Positions 19,568-27,943 of a stretch of 44,105 nucleotides of DNA are shown here, piece by piece. The position numbers and the translations under genes are program-made. The stretch's first letter is position 1. The number at the start of each line of letters is the position of its first letter. The notes beneath the pieces were generated by a model that saw only the letters and a list, made by a program, of their open reading frames with translations, was not told the DNA's origin and did not search any database. The stretch is from Hormoscilla sp. (lineage in GTDB: Bacteria > Cyanobacteriota > Cyanobacteriia > Cyanobacteriales > Desertifilaceae). The stretch covers positions 1 to 44,105 of the forward strand of contig JBFRWI010000077.1 in NCBI GenBank assembly GCA_051439505.1, written 5' to 3'.

Positions 19568-20274
19568 CTACAAAACTACACCGACTGTATTGCTGGGCGT
19601 TCCTTCCCCTGAGACATTAATTGCCACGATCCGATATTCTAAGGCTTCACCTCGGGGCTCATTTGTTAAGGTGATTTGTCCTCCCAGGGCCGTAGTCACA
19701 TCCATCCAGTCCTCCTGGTCTCCCAGGCGGCGCTGCACTTTATATGCTGTCACTCTACCGCCATCCCTGGGTCGTTTCCAATTTAAGAATACCCAATTTG
19801 CCTCTTGCCGGGAGGCTTCTAAGTTGCGGACTTGTCCTGGCGCTTCGCTGTAGCGCTTGGCCCGTCCACTCCACCCTAACAACTTCAACTTCTCGTCATT
19901 GTAATTTACCTCGTTCTCCGCGTACCGCAGATCCCTCTGAAGAGAATCAATTAATTCTACTAAGGCTTCGTCCTTGCTAGCGGTGGCTTTTGCCGCTGCT
20001 GCCTGGGCCCCGATCGCCTCATTTTTTGCATTCCGATAGTTCTGCAAGCGGTCAGTCAAATCTTCGGTAGAGACGGGGGGCGCAGCATAAACAATTCAAA
20101 ATTCAAAATTCAAAATTCAAAATTGGGAAAGCCCTTGAGGGCAAGGATCTCAGCTTTTTGGCCTATGCAATTTAAATGCACGACAGCTTAGACACCGGTG
20201 TTAGCGTTCAATCCAGCGATGACTGCTTCAGCAAGGGCGACGACTTCAGGTTCGGGTTTGGGAAAGCGTGCCAT
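19568..20274 (-). pseudogene. Fibronectin type III domain protein interrupted by MITE B
   Basis: AGGAG RBS and ATG at 20274 give MARFPKPEPEVVALAEAVIAGLNANTGV; removing 20090-20188 and one TA joins this in frame to YAAPPVSTEDLTDRL...; FN3 motifs PGQVRNLEA, LNWKRP and YRIVAINVSGEG. Confidence 0.88.
20090..20188 (-). mobile_element. MITE family B inside the FN3 gene
   Basis: Reverse-orientation copy flanked by TA at 20088-20089 and 20189-20190. Confidence 0.9.
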
Positions 20275-20381
20275 ATGGTAATCTCCTATGATATGTTTAA
20301 GGGCACAAGCGTTGTAGTGCTTACTACAGCTATTCCTATTGATGGCTGTAGTCGTCCGGACGTTCCTTTAAATTATCTCCA

Positions 20382-20517
20382 CCCGTTCGTAGTAAACGTT
20401 TTAGCGTTTTCCGGTCCCGTTCGTAGTAAACGCTTTAGCGTTTTCTGGTCCCGTTCGTAGTAAACGCTTTAGCGTTCTCCGGTCTCGTTCGTAGTAAACG
20501 CTTTAGCGTTTTCCGGT
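20382..20517 (+). repeat. Four tandem 34 bp GTAG-hairpin (REP-like) repeats
   Basis: CCCGTTCGTAGTAAACGCTTTAGCGTTTTCCGGT four times, each with about one mismatch and no spacers. Confidence 0.92.
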
Positions 20518-20523
20518 CCCGGA

Positions 20524-20532
20524 TGATATAAT
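20524..20532 (+). promoter_or_regulatory. Extended -10 promoter element for the HEPN-NTPase gene
   Basis: TG-A-TATAAT about 30 bp before the ATG at 20562; AGGAG RBS at 20549-20553. Confidence 0.55.
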
Positions 20533-20561
20533 TGTCAGAGAAGCTGACAGGAGTAAGACCC

Positions 20562-22124
20562 ATGACCCAAAAACGCCCAGAGATTGAAAATCACGCCCTG
20601 GTAGGCAAAGCATTGATTTATCTTGCGGAAGGACTCCGACCATTTGTGGAGGGTAAACTGCAAGAGTTTCATGGAGATGACTGGGAAGAGGTGGCGAAGG
20701 ACTGTCTCGGTGATAAACAATTCCATATTCAAGATGGTAAAGTAGATCTACAGGATGCCCAAGCCCTATTACAGATAATTATCAGACAAAAACAGGAGGC
20801 ATTTGCTTCTGTTCTCAGTCGGGATGAGATTAGTTTGGTCTACGAGGTGGCACAGAAACGGCGGGACTGGGCCCATCCTCGTCTCACAGGTGCAGACAAG
20901 GAGAAGTTAAAAAAGTTTACTCCTAAATATACTTACCGGACTTTGGACAGTATTAACCTGTTGCTAGATGCTATTTCTGCCCAGACTGAGGCGAAAAAGC
21001 TGGAACAACTGATGCAGCAACTTTTGCCCCAGTTGCAACAGCAGGGTCAACCTGAAGATAAATTTCAGCGGGATCTAATTGCTGATAAAACTGCTGGGTT
21101 TGTCGGGCGGGAATTTGTCTTTAATGCTATCCATGATTTTCTGGCCAGTCAGTCTCACGGATATTTTATTATTGAGGGCGACCCGGGCGTTGGGAAAACT
21201 GCGATCGCGGCAAAATACGTGCAGCAGCGGAACTGCGTGGCCCATTTCAACGTCCGTTCCCAAGGCATTAACCGCGCGGACCAATTTTTAGAGAATGTTT
21301 GCACGCAATTGATTACCCGCTATAATTTGCCCTATGCGGAACTGCCTGGGGAGGCAACGCGGGACGGTCAGTTTTTGGATAAATTGTTACGGGAAATAAG
21401 TGCTAAACTGAAGAAACGGGATAAACTGGTAATAGTGGTAGATGCCCTGGATGAAGTTGATAGTCGGGACCATGCCGGGGCGAACATTCTCTATCTCCCA
21501 GTATCCCTGCCCCCAGGAGTGTATTTTGTGATGACATCGCGACCGGAAAAATTGCCTTTGAGAGCAAATTCTATTCCCCAGAGGTTTGACTTGATGCAGT
21601 ATCAAGCAGAAAGTTTGGCAGATATTCAGCATTACATTCGCATTCGCGCTAACATGTCGGGGAAACTGCGGGAGTGGATCGGGGCCCAGGGGTTGACTGA
21701 AGATGAATTTATCAGGGAACTGGCCCAGAAAAGCGAGAATAATTTTATGTATCTGCGCTACGTGTTGGGGGATATCGAACAGGGAAAATATGATGATTTG
21801 AGTATTGACAGGTTGCCAGCAGGTTTGGAACAATATTACGACGAACATTGGCGACGCATGGGGATGCTGACGGAACCTTTACCCATGCACAAGGTGGCGA
21901 TCGTCTATTTTCTGGCAGAACTGCGGGAACCAGTATCCCGTAGGATGTTGGTGGAGTTGTCGGGAGAAAACCGGGTGATAGTGCAGAATGTGCTGAAGGA
22001 GTGGAAACAATTTTTGCGAGAGGTAACGGTGGATGGGGAAACACGTTACGGGGTATATCACCAGAGTTTCTGCGATTTTTTAGGCCGTCAAGATATAGTG
22101 GAAGCTTATGGGGATGAATATTAG
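20562..22124 (+). CDS. Swt1-like HEPN domain fused to a STAND/NACHT-like P-loop NTPase
   Basis: N-terminal VGKALIYLAEGLRPFV...DAQALLQII...RRDWAH (Rx4H); FVGRE, Walker A GDPGVGKT, Walker B VIVVDALDE, TSRP and winged-helix YHQSF. Confidence 0.82.
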   Translation: MTQKRPEIENHALVGKALIYLAEGLRPFVEGKLQEFHGDDWEEVAKDCLGDKQFHIQDGKVDLQDAQALLQIIIRQKQEAFASVLSRDEISLVYEVAQKRRDWAHPRLTGADKEKLKKFTPKYTYRTLDSINLLLDAISAQTEAKKLEQLMQQLLPQLQQQGQPEDKFQRDLIADKTAGFVGREFVFNAIHDFLASQSHGYFIIEGDPGVGKTAIAAKYVQQRNCVAHFNVRSQGINRADQFLENVCTQLITRYNLPYAELPGEATRDGQFLDKLLREISAKLKKRDKLVIVVDALDEVDSRDHAGANILYLPVSLPPGVYFVMTSRPEKLPLRANSIPQRFDLMQYQAESLADIQHYIRIRANMSGKLREWIGAQGLTEDEFIRELAQKSENNFMYLRYVLGDIEQGKYDDLSIDRLPAGLEQYYDEHWRRMGMLTEPLPMHKVAIVYFLAELREPVSRRMLVELSGENRVIVQNVLKEWKQFLREVTVDGETRYGVYHQSFCDFLGRQDIVEAYGDEY

Positions 22125-24471
22125 ACAAAAAATTAACCAGCGCATTGTGGATAAGTTTGCCGGGGGTGGAGAAAGCAGGGATATTCGGCAGCAGTTGGAT
22201 AGTTTGGTGCCCGAAGACAGACTCTATGCTTTGAAACATCTGCCAAATCACATGGTGAACGCGGGGAGATGGAAGCAGTTGCAGCGCTGGTTGACTGATT
22301 ATGATTTCATTCAGGCGAAGGTGGCGGAGGTGGGAGTCCAGGAATTGGTTGAGGATTACGATCGGGTGGAAAACTTGGAGAGTGAGAAGGCACTGAAACT
22401 GATTCAACGGACCTTGCGGTTGTCAGCGCATATATTAAGAGAAGATACAACTCAACTTGCGGGGCAACTGTGGGGGCGACTGCTGTCATTGACAAGTATT
22501 TCACAGATTCGACAACTATTAGACCAAGCTAAACAACGGCAAAATCGCCCTTGGTTACGCCCTATGACCGCTAACTTAACGCCGCCAACAAGCCCTTTAA
22601 TCCGCACCCTCACCGGGCATACAAGTACGGTATCGGCAGTAGCGTTAACTCCCGATGGCACAAAGGTAGTATCAGGTTCAGACGATAACACCGTAAAAGT
22701 ATGGGATTTAGCCACAGGAGTTGAACTAGCCACCCTCACCGGGCATACTAGCTTTGTAGGTGCAGTAGCGATCGCCCCTGATGGCACAAAGATAGTATCG
22801 GGTTCATGTGATAACACCGTAAAAGTATGGGATTTAGCCACAGGAGTTGAACTAGCCACCCTCACCGGGCATACAGATAGGGTAACGGCAGTAGCGATCG
22901 CCTCTGATAGCACAAAGATAGTATCTGGTTCATGGGATAAAACGCTGAAAGTATGGGATTTAGCCACAGGGAAACAGCTAGCAACTCTCAGGGGGCATAC
23001 TACCTTGGTAAATTCAGTAGCGATCTCCCCTGATGGCACCAAGGCGGTATCATCTGCTTCAGACGATAACACCGTGAAAGTATGGGATTTAGCCACAGAG
23101 AAACAGCTAACAACTCTCAGCGGGCATACTACCTGGGTAAGTGAAGTGGCGATCGCTCCCGATGGCACAAAAGTGGTATCTGGTTCATACGATAACACCG
23201 TGAAAATATGGGATTTAGCCACAGGAGTTGAAATCACCACCCTCACCGGGCATACAGACTCAGTATATGCAGTAGCGATCGCCTCCGATGGCACAAAGGT
23301 GGTATCGGGTTCATCTGATAAAACCCTGAAAGTATGGGATTTAGCCACAGGGAAACAGCTAGCCACCATCAGGGGGCATACTAGCTCGATAATGGCAGTA
23401 GCGATCGCCCCCGATCGCACAAAGGTGGTATCATCAGGTTTACAGGATAATACCATAAAAGTATGGGATTTATCTACACAAGAGGATTTGGCCAATCTGA
23501 CCGGGCATACTGACAAGGTAAACTCAATAGCGATCGCCCCCGATGGCACAAAGGTGGTATCGGGTTCAGGGGATGATACGCTGAAAGTCTGGGATTTAGT
23601 TACAGGAGAGGAGTTAGCCACCTTCACGGGACATACTAGCAAGCCAATGGCAATAGCGATCGCGCCCGATGGCACAAAGGTGGTATCGGGTTCAAACGAT
23701 AACACCGTGAAAGTATGGGATTTAGCTACAGGAAAAGAACTCGCCACCTTCACCGGGCATACTAAGATGGTAAGGGCAGTAGGGATCGCCCCCGATGGAT
23801 CCAAGGTGGTATCGGGTTCAAGGGATAACACCCTAAAAGTCTGGGATTTAGCTACAGGAAGGGAAGTAGCCAGCATCAAAGGGGATGGTGACTCGGTAGA
23901 GAAAGTAGCGCTATCCCCTGATGGGACAAAAGTGGTATCGGTAGAAGCAGCACTCACCTGGGAGAAGTTTCGTGATATATCATACTCTGGTGCGGTATCG
24001 GTTTTATTAGAAGTAGCACCCACCTGGCATAGCTCTGATGATATATCGCTTTTATTTGATGGCAGCCTGAAAGTTTGGGATTTAGTAACTCTCAGCAAGA
24101 TAGCTACTCTTACGGGGCATACGAGCTTTATCAGGGCAATAGCGATCGCCCCCGATGGCACAAAGGTGGTATCGGGTTCATCTGATAAAACTCTAAAAGT
24201 CTGGGATTTAGCCACAGGAAATGAGCTAGTCACCCTCTCCGGGTATACAGACGATGTCAAGGCAGTAGCGATCACCCCGGATGGTACTCAAGTGATATCG
24301 GGTTCAGGGGATAAAACACTGAAAGTCTGGGATTTAGCCACAGGTGAAGAGGTGATTACATTTGCCGGGGATGGTACTTTTGGGTGCTGTGCTGTCAGCC
24401 CCGATGGCAAGACTATTGTCGCAGGGGACGAAGGAGGGCAAGTGCATTTTCTGCGGATGGAAGGAGTTTAG
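22108..24471 (+). CDS. APAF1-like helical domain plus 14 WD40 repeats
   Basis: YALKHLPNHM..LTDYDFIQAK helical domain, then (TLTGHTxxVxAVAIAPDGTKVVSGSxDxTxKVWDLATG)n at 126 bp period; alternative ATG at 22114. Confidence 0.92.
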   Translation: MGMNIRQKINQRIVDKFAGGGESRDIRQQLDSLVPEDRLYALKHLPNHMVNAGRWKQLQRWLTDYDFIQAKVAEVGVQELVEDYDRVENLESEKALKLIQRTLRLSAHILREDTTQLAGQLWGRLLSLTSISQIRQLLDQAKQRQNRPWLRPMTANLTPPTSPLIRTLTGHTSTVSAVALTPDGTKVVSGSDDNTVKVWDLATGVELATLTGHTSFVGAVAIAPDGTKIVSGSCDNTVKVWDLATGVELATLTGHTDRVTAVAIASDSTKIVSGSWDKTLKVWDLATGKQLATLRGHTTLVNSVAISPDGTKAVSSASDDNTVKVWDLATEKQLTTLSGHTTWVSEVAIAPDGTKVVSGSYDNTVKIWDLATGVEITTLTGHTDSVYAVAIASDGTKVVSGSSDKTLKVWDLATGKQLATIRGHTSSIMAVAIAPDRTKVVSSGLQDNTIKVWDLSTQEDLANLTGHTDKVNSIAIAPDGTKVVSGSGDDTLKVWDLVTGEELATFTGHTSKPMAIAIAPDGTKVVSGSNDNTVKVWDLATGKELATFTGHTKMVRAVGIAPDGSKVVSGSRDNTLKVWDLATGREVASIKGDGDSVEKVALSPDGTKVVSVEAALTWEKFRDISYSGAVSVLLEVAPTWHSSDDISLLFDGSLKVWDLVTLSKIATLTGHTSFIRAIAIAPDGTKVVSGSSDKTLKVWDLATGNELVTLSGYTDDVKAVAITPDGTQVISGSGDKTLKVWDLATGEEVITFAGDGTFGCCAVSPDGKTIVAGDEGGQVHFLRMEGV

Positions 24472-24476
24472 CAGGA

Positions 24477-25311
24477 GTGTGGTCAAAACCAGCTGGAGTT
24501 TACAAAGGTAAAATCATGACTATTTCACAGGTTTTTCAGCATTAATTATATAACAATAAACTACTTTTCCCGCACCCGGGGCACGGCTTCTTTAACCTCA
24601 TCATATGAACCGATAATTTGATGATGCCGTGCCCCTACATTTAATTCGATCGGGCATGTCAGGTGAGTAACGGCCCCACAGTAAATTGGCGATATAATCT
24701 TCGGTGACCAGTATCGTAGGTGTACGGCATCTATAGGATCGGGATATAAATGGAGAAAGTATCTATTGCCGTGCCCCGGCATCCATAGCTAATACCATGT
24801 TGTCAAAACCATGCTACAATTAGTTGTCCGATTATCCTATTAGTCGGTTTTAATTCAGATCTTGCACCATTCTAGATTAGTCTCCAGGCCCGCCGTGGGT
24901 TTTAACCCACGGCTAATAGCTGAAGTCGGTTGAAAACCGACTAAAAGCCTATCGAGAAAGGGTTTTTGTTCTCTCGTTCCTTGACAAGGCAGCGGAACGT
25001 CTTTATTGATGCTCTGCCTCCAGTCTCTGCCACCATCAGGAGACCAGGAAGAAAATGCGATCGAGGAAAAAACGCTTTATAGACAATGCGGACAGTGGGT
25101 TTTAACCCACTTAAGCTTTTAGCCGGGGGTTTTAACCCCCGGCGGACGACGAGACTAATAGAGAATGGTGCATTCCGGTCAATTTCGTTCCTTGACTTGG
25201 CAGCGGAACGTCTTTATTGATGCTCTGCCTCCGGCGTCTGCCACCATTAGTAGGCGAGGAAATATAAATGCGATCGCTGTGGTTTCATCGTGCGCAAGTG
25301 AGATGCACCCG
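24477..25311. repeat. Mosaic of REP pairs and MITE fragments
   Basis: GGGGCACGGC/GCCGTGCCCCTAC pairs (24575-24780), TCAGATCTTGCACC end (24855), GTGGGTTTTAACCCAC palindromes, ~65 bp direct repeat (~24974-25040 and ~25184-25250), family C end TGAGATGCACCC. Confidence 0.75.
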
Positions 25312-25405
25312 ATCGCCGTTATTTTTTCATAAAATAAGTTATTGGTAAAGAAGCTTTATTGATAATTATCTGTTATATTAAAAGAGTAAGGAATTGAGGA
25401 AATCA

Positions 25406-26290
25406 GTGAAAACGGACAAGTTGTTTTATGAAGCGTTTCTGGAGTTTCCCGAAATATTCTTTGAATTAATCGGAGCCAAGAATGTGGATGCTAGGGCCTA
25501 CGAGTTTAAGGCGATCGAACTCAAGGAGACAGCATCTCGGTTGGATGGAGCAATGCTGCCGTTAAACAAAGATCCCAAACAACCGATTTATTTCATCGAG
25601 GTGCAAGGCTACAAAAATCCCAAAATCTACGCAAATGTTTTGAAGAAAGTAGGCATGTACCTAGAACAAAACGATCCGACACAGGATTGGTGTGCGGTAG
25701 TGGTATATGAACGGCGGAGTTTCGCTCCCGAAGAAACAACACCCTATCGAGGCATAATCAATTCCGGTCAACTGCTGCGGATCTATTTAGACGAAATGGA
25801 GCCAGCAGATCCACAGACTAAGGAGATTGGCATCATCAAACTAATTGTCGATCGGGCCAAGAATGCCAAGAACAGGGCAAAAGCGCTCATCAAGCAAGTG
25901 CGGTCCGAATCAACGGATGGCGATCGCACCAAAAAGATGGTAGACTTGATCGTAACCATCATGTCATACAAATTTGCAGATAGTAGCAGAGAGGAGTTGG
26001 AAGCCATGTTAGGACTAGAGGACTTCAAAAAGACAAGGTTGGGACAAGAAATGTTGGCAGAAGGTCGCCAAGAAGGTCGCCAAGAAGGCGAAGAAGTTGG
26101 GATCGCAAAAGGTCGCCAAGCTATTCGCATTATTAGCGAGGGATTTGGTAGTTTAGAAGGGCAGTTAAAATTGGTGCCAGTGCTGTTACAGCTCGGTTTT
26201 ACTTTCGAGGAGGTAGCGGATCTGTTGAAAGTCGAGACCGAACAGGTGCGGCAGCTAGCTGAACCAGAACAACCAGAACAGTCCCTCTAA
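25406..26290 (+). CDS. Rpn family / DUF2887 PD-(D/E)XK protein
   Basis: GTG start MKTDKLFY after GAGGA; ELKETASRLDG, IYFIEVQ, SREELEAMLGL and EGRQ repeats. Confidence 0.88.
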   Translation: MKTDKLFYEAFLEFPEIFFELIGAKNVDARAYEFKAIELKETASRLDGAMLPLNKDPKQPIYFIEVQGYKNPKIYANVLKKVGMYLEQNDPTQDWCAVVVYERRSFAPEETTPYRGIINSGQLLRIYLDEMEPADPQTKEIGIIKLIVDRAKNAKNRAKALIKQVRSESTDGDRTKKMVDLIVTIMSYKFADSSREELEAMLGLEDFKKTRLGQEMLAEGRQEGRQEGEEVGIAKGRQAIRIISEGFGSLEGQLKLVPVLLQLGFTFEEVADLLKVETEQVRQLAEPEQPEQSL

Positions 26291-26529
26291 GGGGAACTTA
26301 TCTGGAGAGAGTTGGGTGGCGCAGCGTTGCCACCCAGAGCAAGCTTACCTCAAAAACCCGCTGACTTGATTGTTACCATCATCAGTTATAAAGAAGCAGA
26401 TAGTAGCCATGTTTGAGATGTCCAAGTCACCGATCGCCAATCCTTTACACTGGCAATATTGCCGGCATAGCCCAGAGTTTGTAGGGTGGGCACCGCCCAC
26501 CAACAACCCTTGAGTTAAATTGTTCCATA

Positions 26530-26630
26530 AGCTGTCGCGCATTTAAATTGCATGGCTCCAAATGCAGCAAACCCTTGCTCTCAAAGATTTTCCCAATTTT
26601 GAATTCTGAATGAGAGAATTTTGAATTTTT
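26530..26630 (+). mobile_element. MITE family B
   Basis: TA at 26528-26529 and 26631-26632, abutting the stop codon of the TIGR00266 gene. Confidence 0.82.
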
Positions 26631-26632
26631 TA

Positions 26633-27403
26633 TCAGCCATCCTCCCCTCTAAACAGTCCGCCAATCAAACCAGCAGCACCAGAAGAACCTTGTTCCGCCC
26701 CAGTTAATTGTTTAAAGTAAGTCCCGCCAATGCGTTCGGCTAGCCGCGAGAAAGGCAGACTTTGGACAAACACCTTACCCGGTCCCTTCAGCTTGGCCAA
26801 AAACAAGCCTTCGCCACCAAACAAAGCATTCTTAAATCCGCCGATAAACTCAATACTGTAGTCTACCGAAGGAGAGAAAGCCACCAAACAACCAGTATCC
26901 ACCCGCAACTTTTCCCCTCGTTCCAAATCTTTTTCCACAATAGCCCCTCCAGCTTGCACGAAAGCCATACCATCCCCGCGCAGCTTTTGCAAAATAAAAC
27001 CCTCACCGCCAAAGAACCCCGCCCCCAAGCGTTTAGTAAAAGCAACACTGATATCAGTACCGCTAGCTGCACAGAGGAAAGCATCCTTTTGACACAAAAA
27101 CTCGCCTCCCAACGCACCCAGATCCAGAGGAATAATTTGACCTGGGGAAGTAGCAGCGAAACCCACCCGCGCCTTACCGCGACCGCCGTTAACAAAAGTA
27201 GTAATAAAGAAACTCTCACCCGTCAACATCCGTTTGAAGCCCGAGAAGAGACCGCCACCACCCATACCAGTTTGCATTTCGATGCCTTCTTCCATATAGG
27301 TCATGGTGCCAACTTCCGCTTGCACCCCTTCTCTGGGGTCCAGTTCGACCTCAACCAATTGCAGGTCGCCGCCGTAAATTTTGTAATCAATCACATCAGC
27401 CAT
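26633..27403 (-). CDS. TIGR00266 / AIM24 family protein
   Basis: IDYKIYGGDLQLVEVEL, GFFGGEGFILQKL, LRVDTGCLVA and QSLPFSRLA motifs. Confidence 0.92.
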   Translation of the reverse strand: MADVIDYKIYGGDLQLVEVELDPREGVQAEVGTMTYMEEGIEMQTGMGGGGLFSGFKRMLTGESFFITTFVNGGRGKARVGFAATSPGQIIPLDLGALGGEFLCQKDAFLCAASGTDISVAFTKRLGAGFFGGEGFILQKLRGDGMAFVQAGGAIVEKDLERGEKLRVDTGCLVAFSPSVDYSIEFIGGFKNALFGGEGLFLAKLKGPGKVFVQSLPFSRLAERIGGTYFKQLTGAEQGSSGAAGLIGGLFRGEDG

Positions 27404-27496
27404 AACTTTTCCTCCTGGATTAAGGGGCGATCGTCGTCTACTATTATACTATCTTAAATAGTAGGGTGGGCAGTCAATACTTCTCCGTTAATAACC

Positions 27497-27660
27497 TGTC
27501 ATTGCGAGGGGGGCTTAAACCGACATTGTAGGGATCGTCGCGAGGATCCCCCCCCCGAAGCAATCTCCCCGCGCTGTATCCTGGGGGGATTGCTTCGGGG
27601 GGGGGGGTTAACTAAATTTCCCATAAGTTAATCGCGGAGTCCCCCCCCCTCGCAATGACA
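27497..27660. repeat. TGTCATTGCGAG...CTCGCAATGACA palindromic element
   Basis: Same termini and GAAGCAATC/GATTGCTTC core as 4551-4709. Confidence 0.8.
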
Positions 27661-27667
27661 CTTAAAA

Positions 27668-27817
27668 GGGTGTGGTCATGCATTTGTTGGAAAGGATCCC
27701 CCCCAAACCCCCCCTTCCAAAAGGGGGGGTTCCGGAAGCCCCCCTTTTTAAGGGGGGTTTGGGGGGATCCGGCGACTGGGAGGGCCAATGAATGATCAAC
27801 GGGTTTTGACCACACCC
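27668..27817 (-). mobile_element. MITE family A, complete (150 bp)
   Basis: TIRs as above; 9 bp duplication CACTTAAAA at 27659-27667 and 27818-27826. Confidence 0.92.
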
Positions 27818-27943
27818 CACTTAAAATCCAAAACCTACGAAGTATTGGGGCACCGCCCACCATTTAGGTTTGTAACGAATATGCTGAAATTAAGAAACCC
27901 GATTTTTTGTCAAAACCGGGTTTCTCGGATATTGGCGAACCAA

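Noticed and set aside
20382..20517. CRISPR array
   Set aside because: The 34 bp units are directly adjacent with no unique spacers, and there are no cas genes.
22452..24275. 607 aa antisense ORF over the WD40 gene
   Set aside because: A stop-free shadow of the repeated sense codons; it mirrors the repeat period and has no independent features. The same applies to 12004-12513 over the pentapeptide repeats.
22606..24420. Diversity-generating retroelement acting on the WD40 repeats
   Set aside because: No reverse transcriptase or template repeat is visible in the window, and the differences are not confined to adenines.
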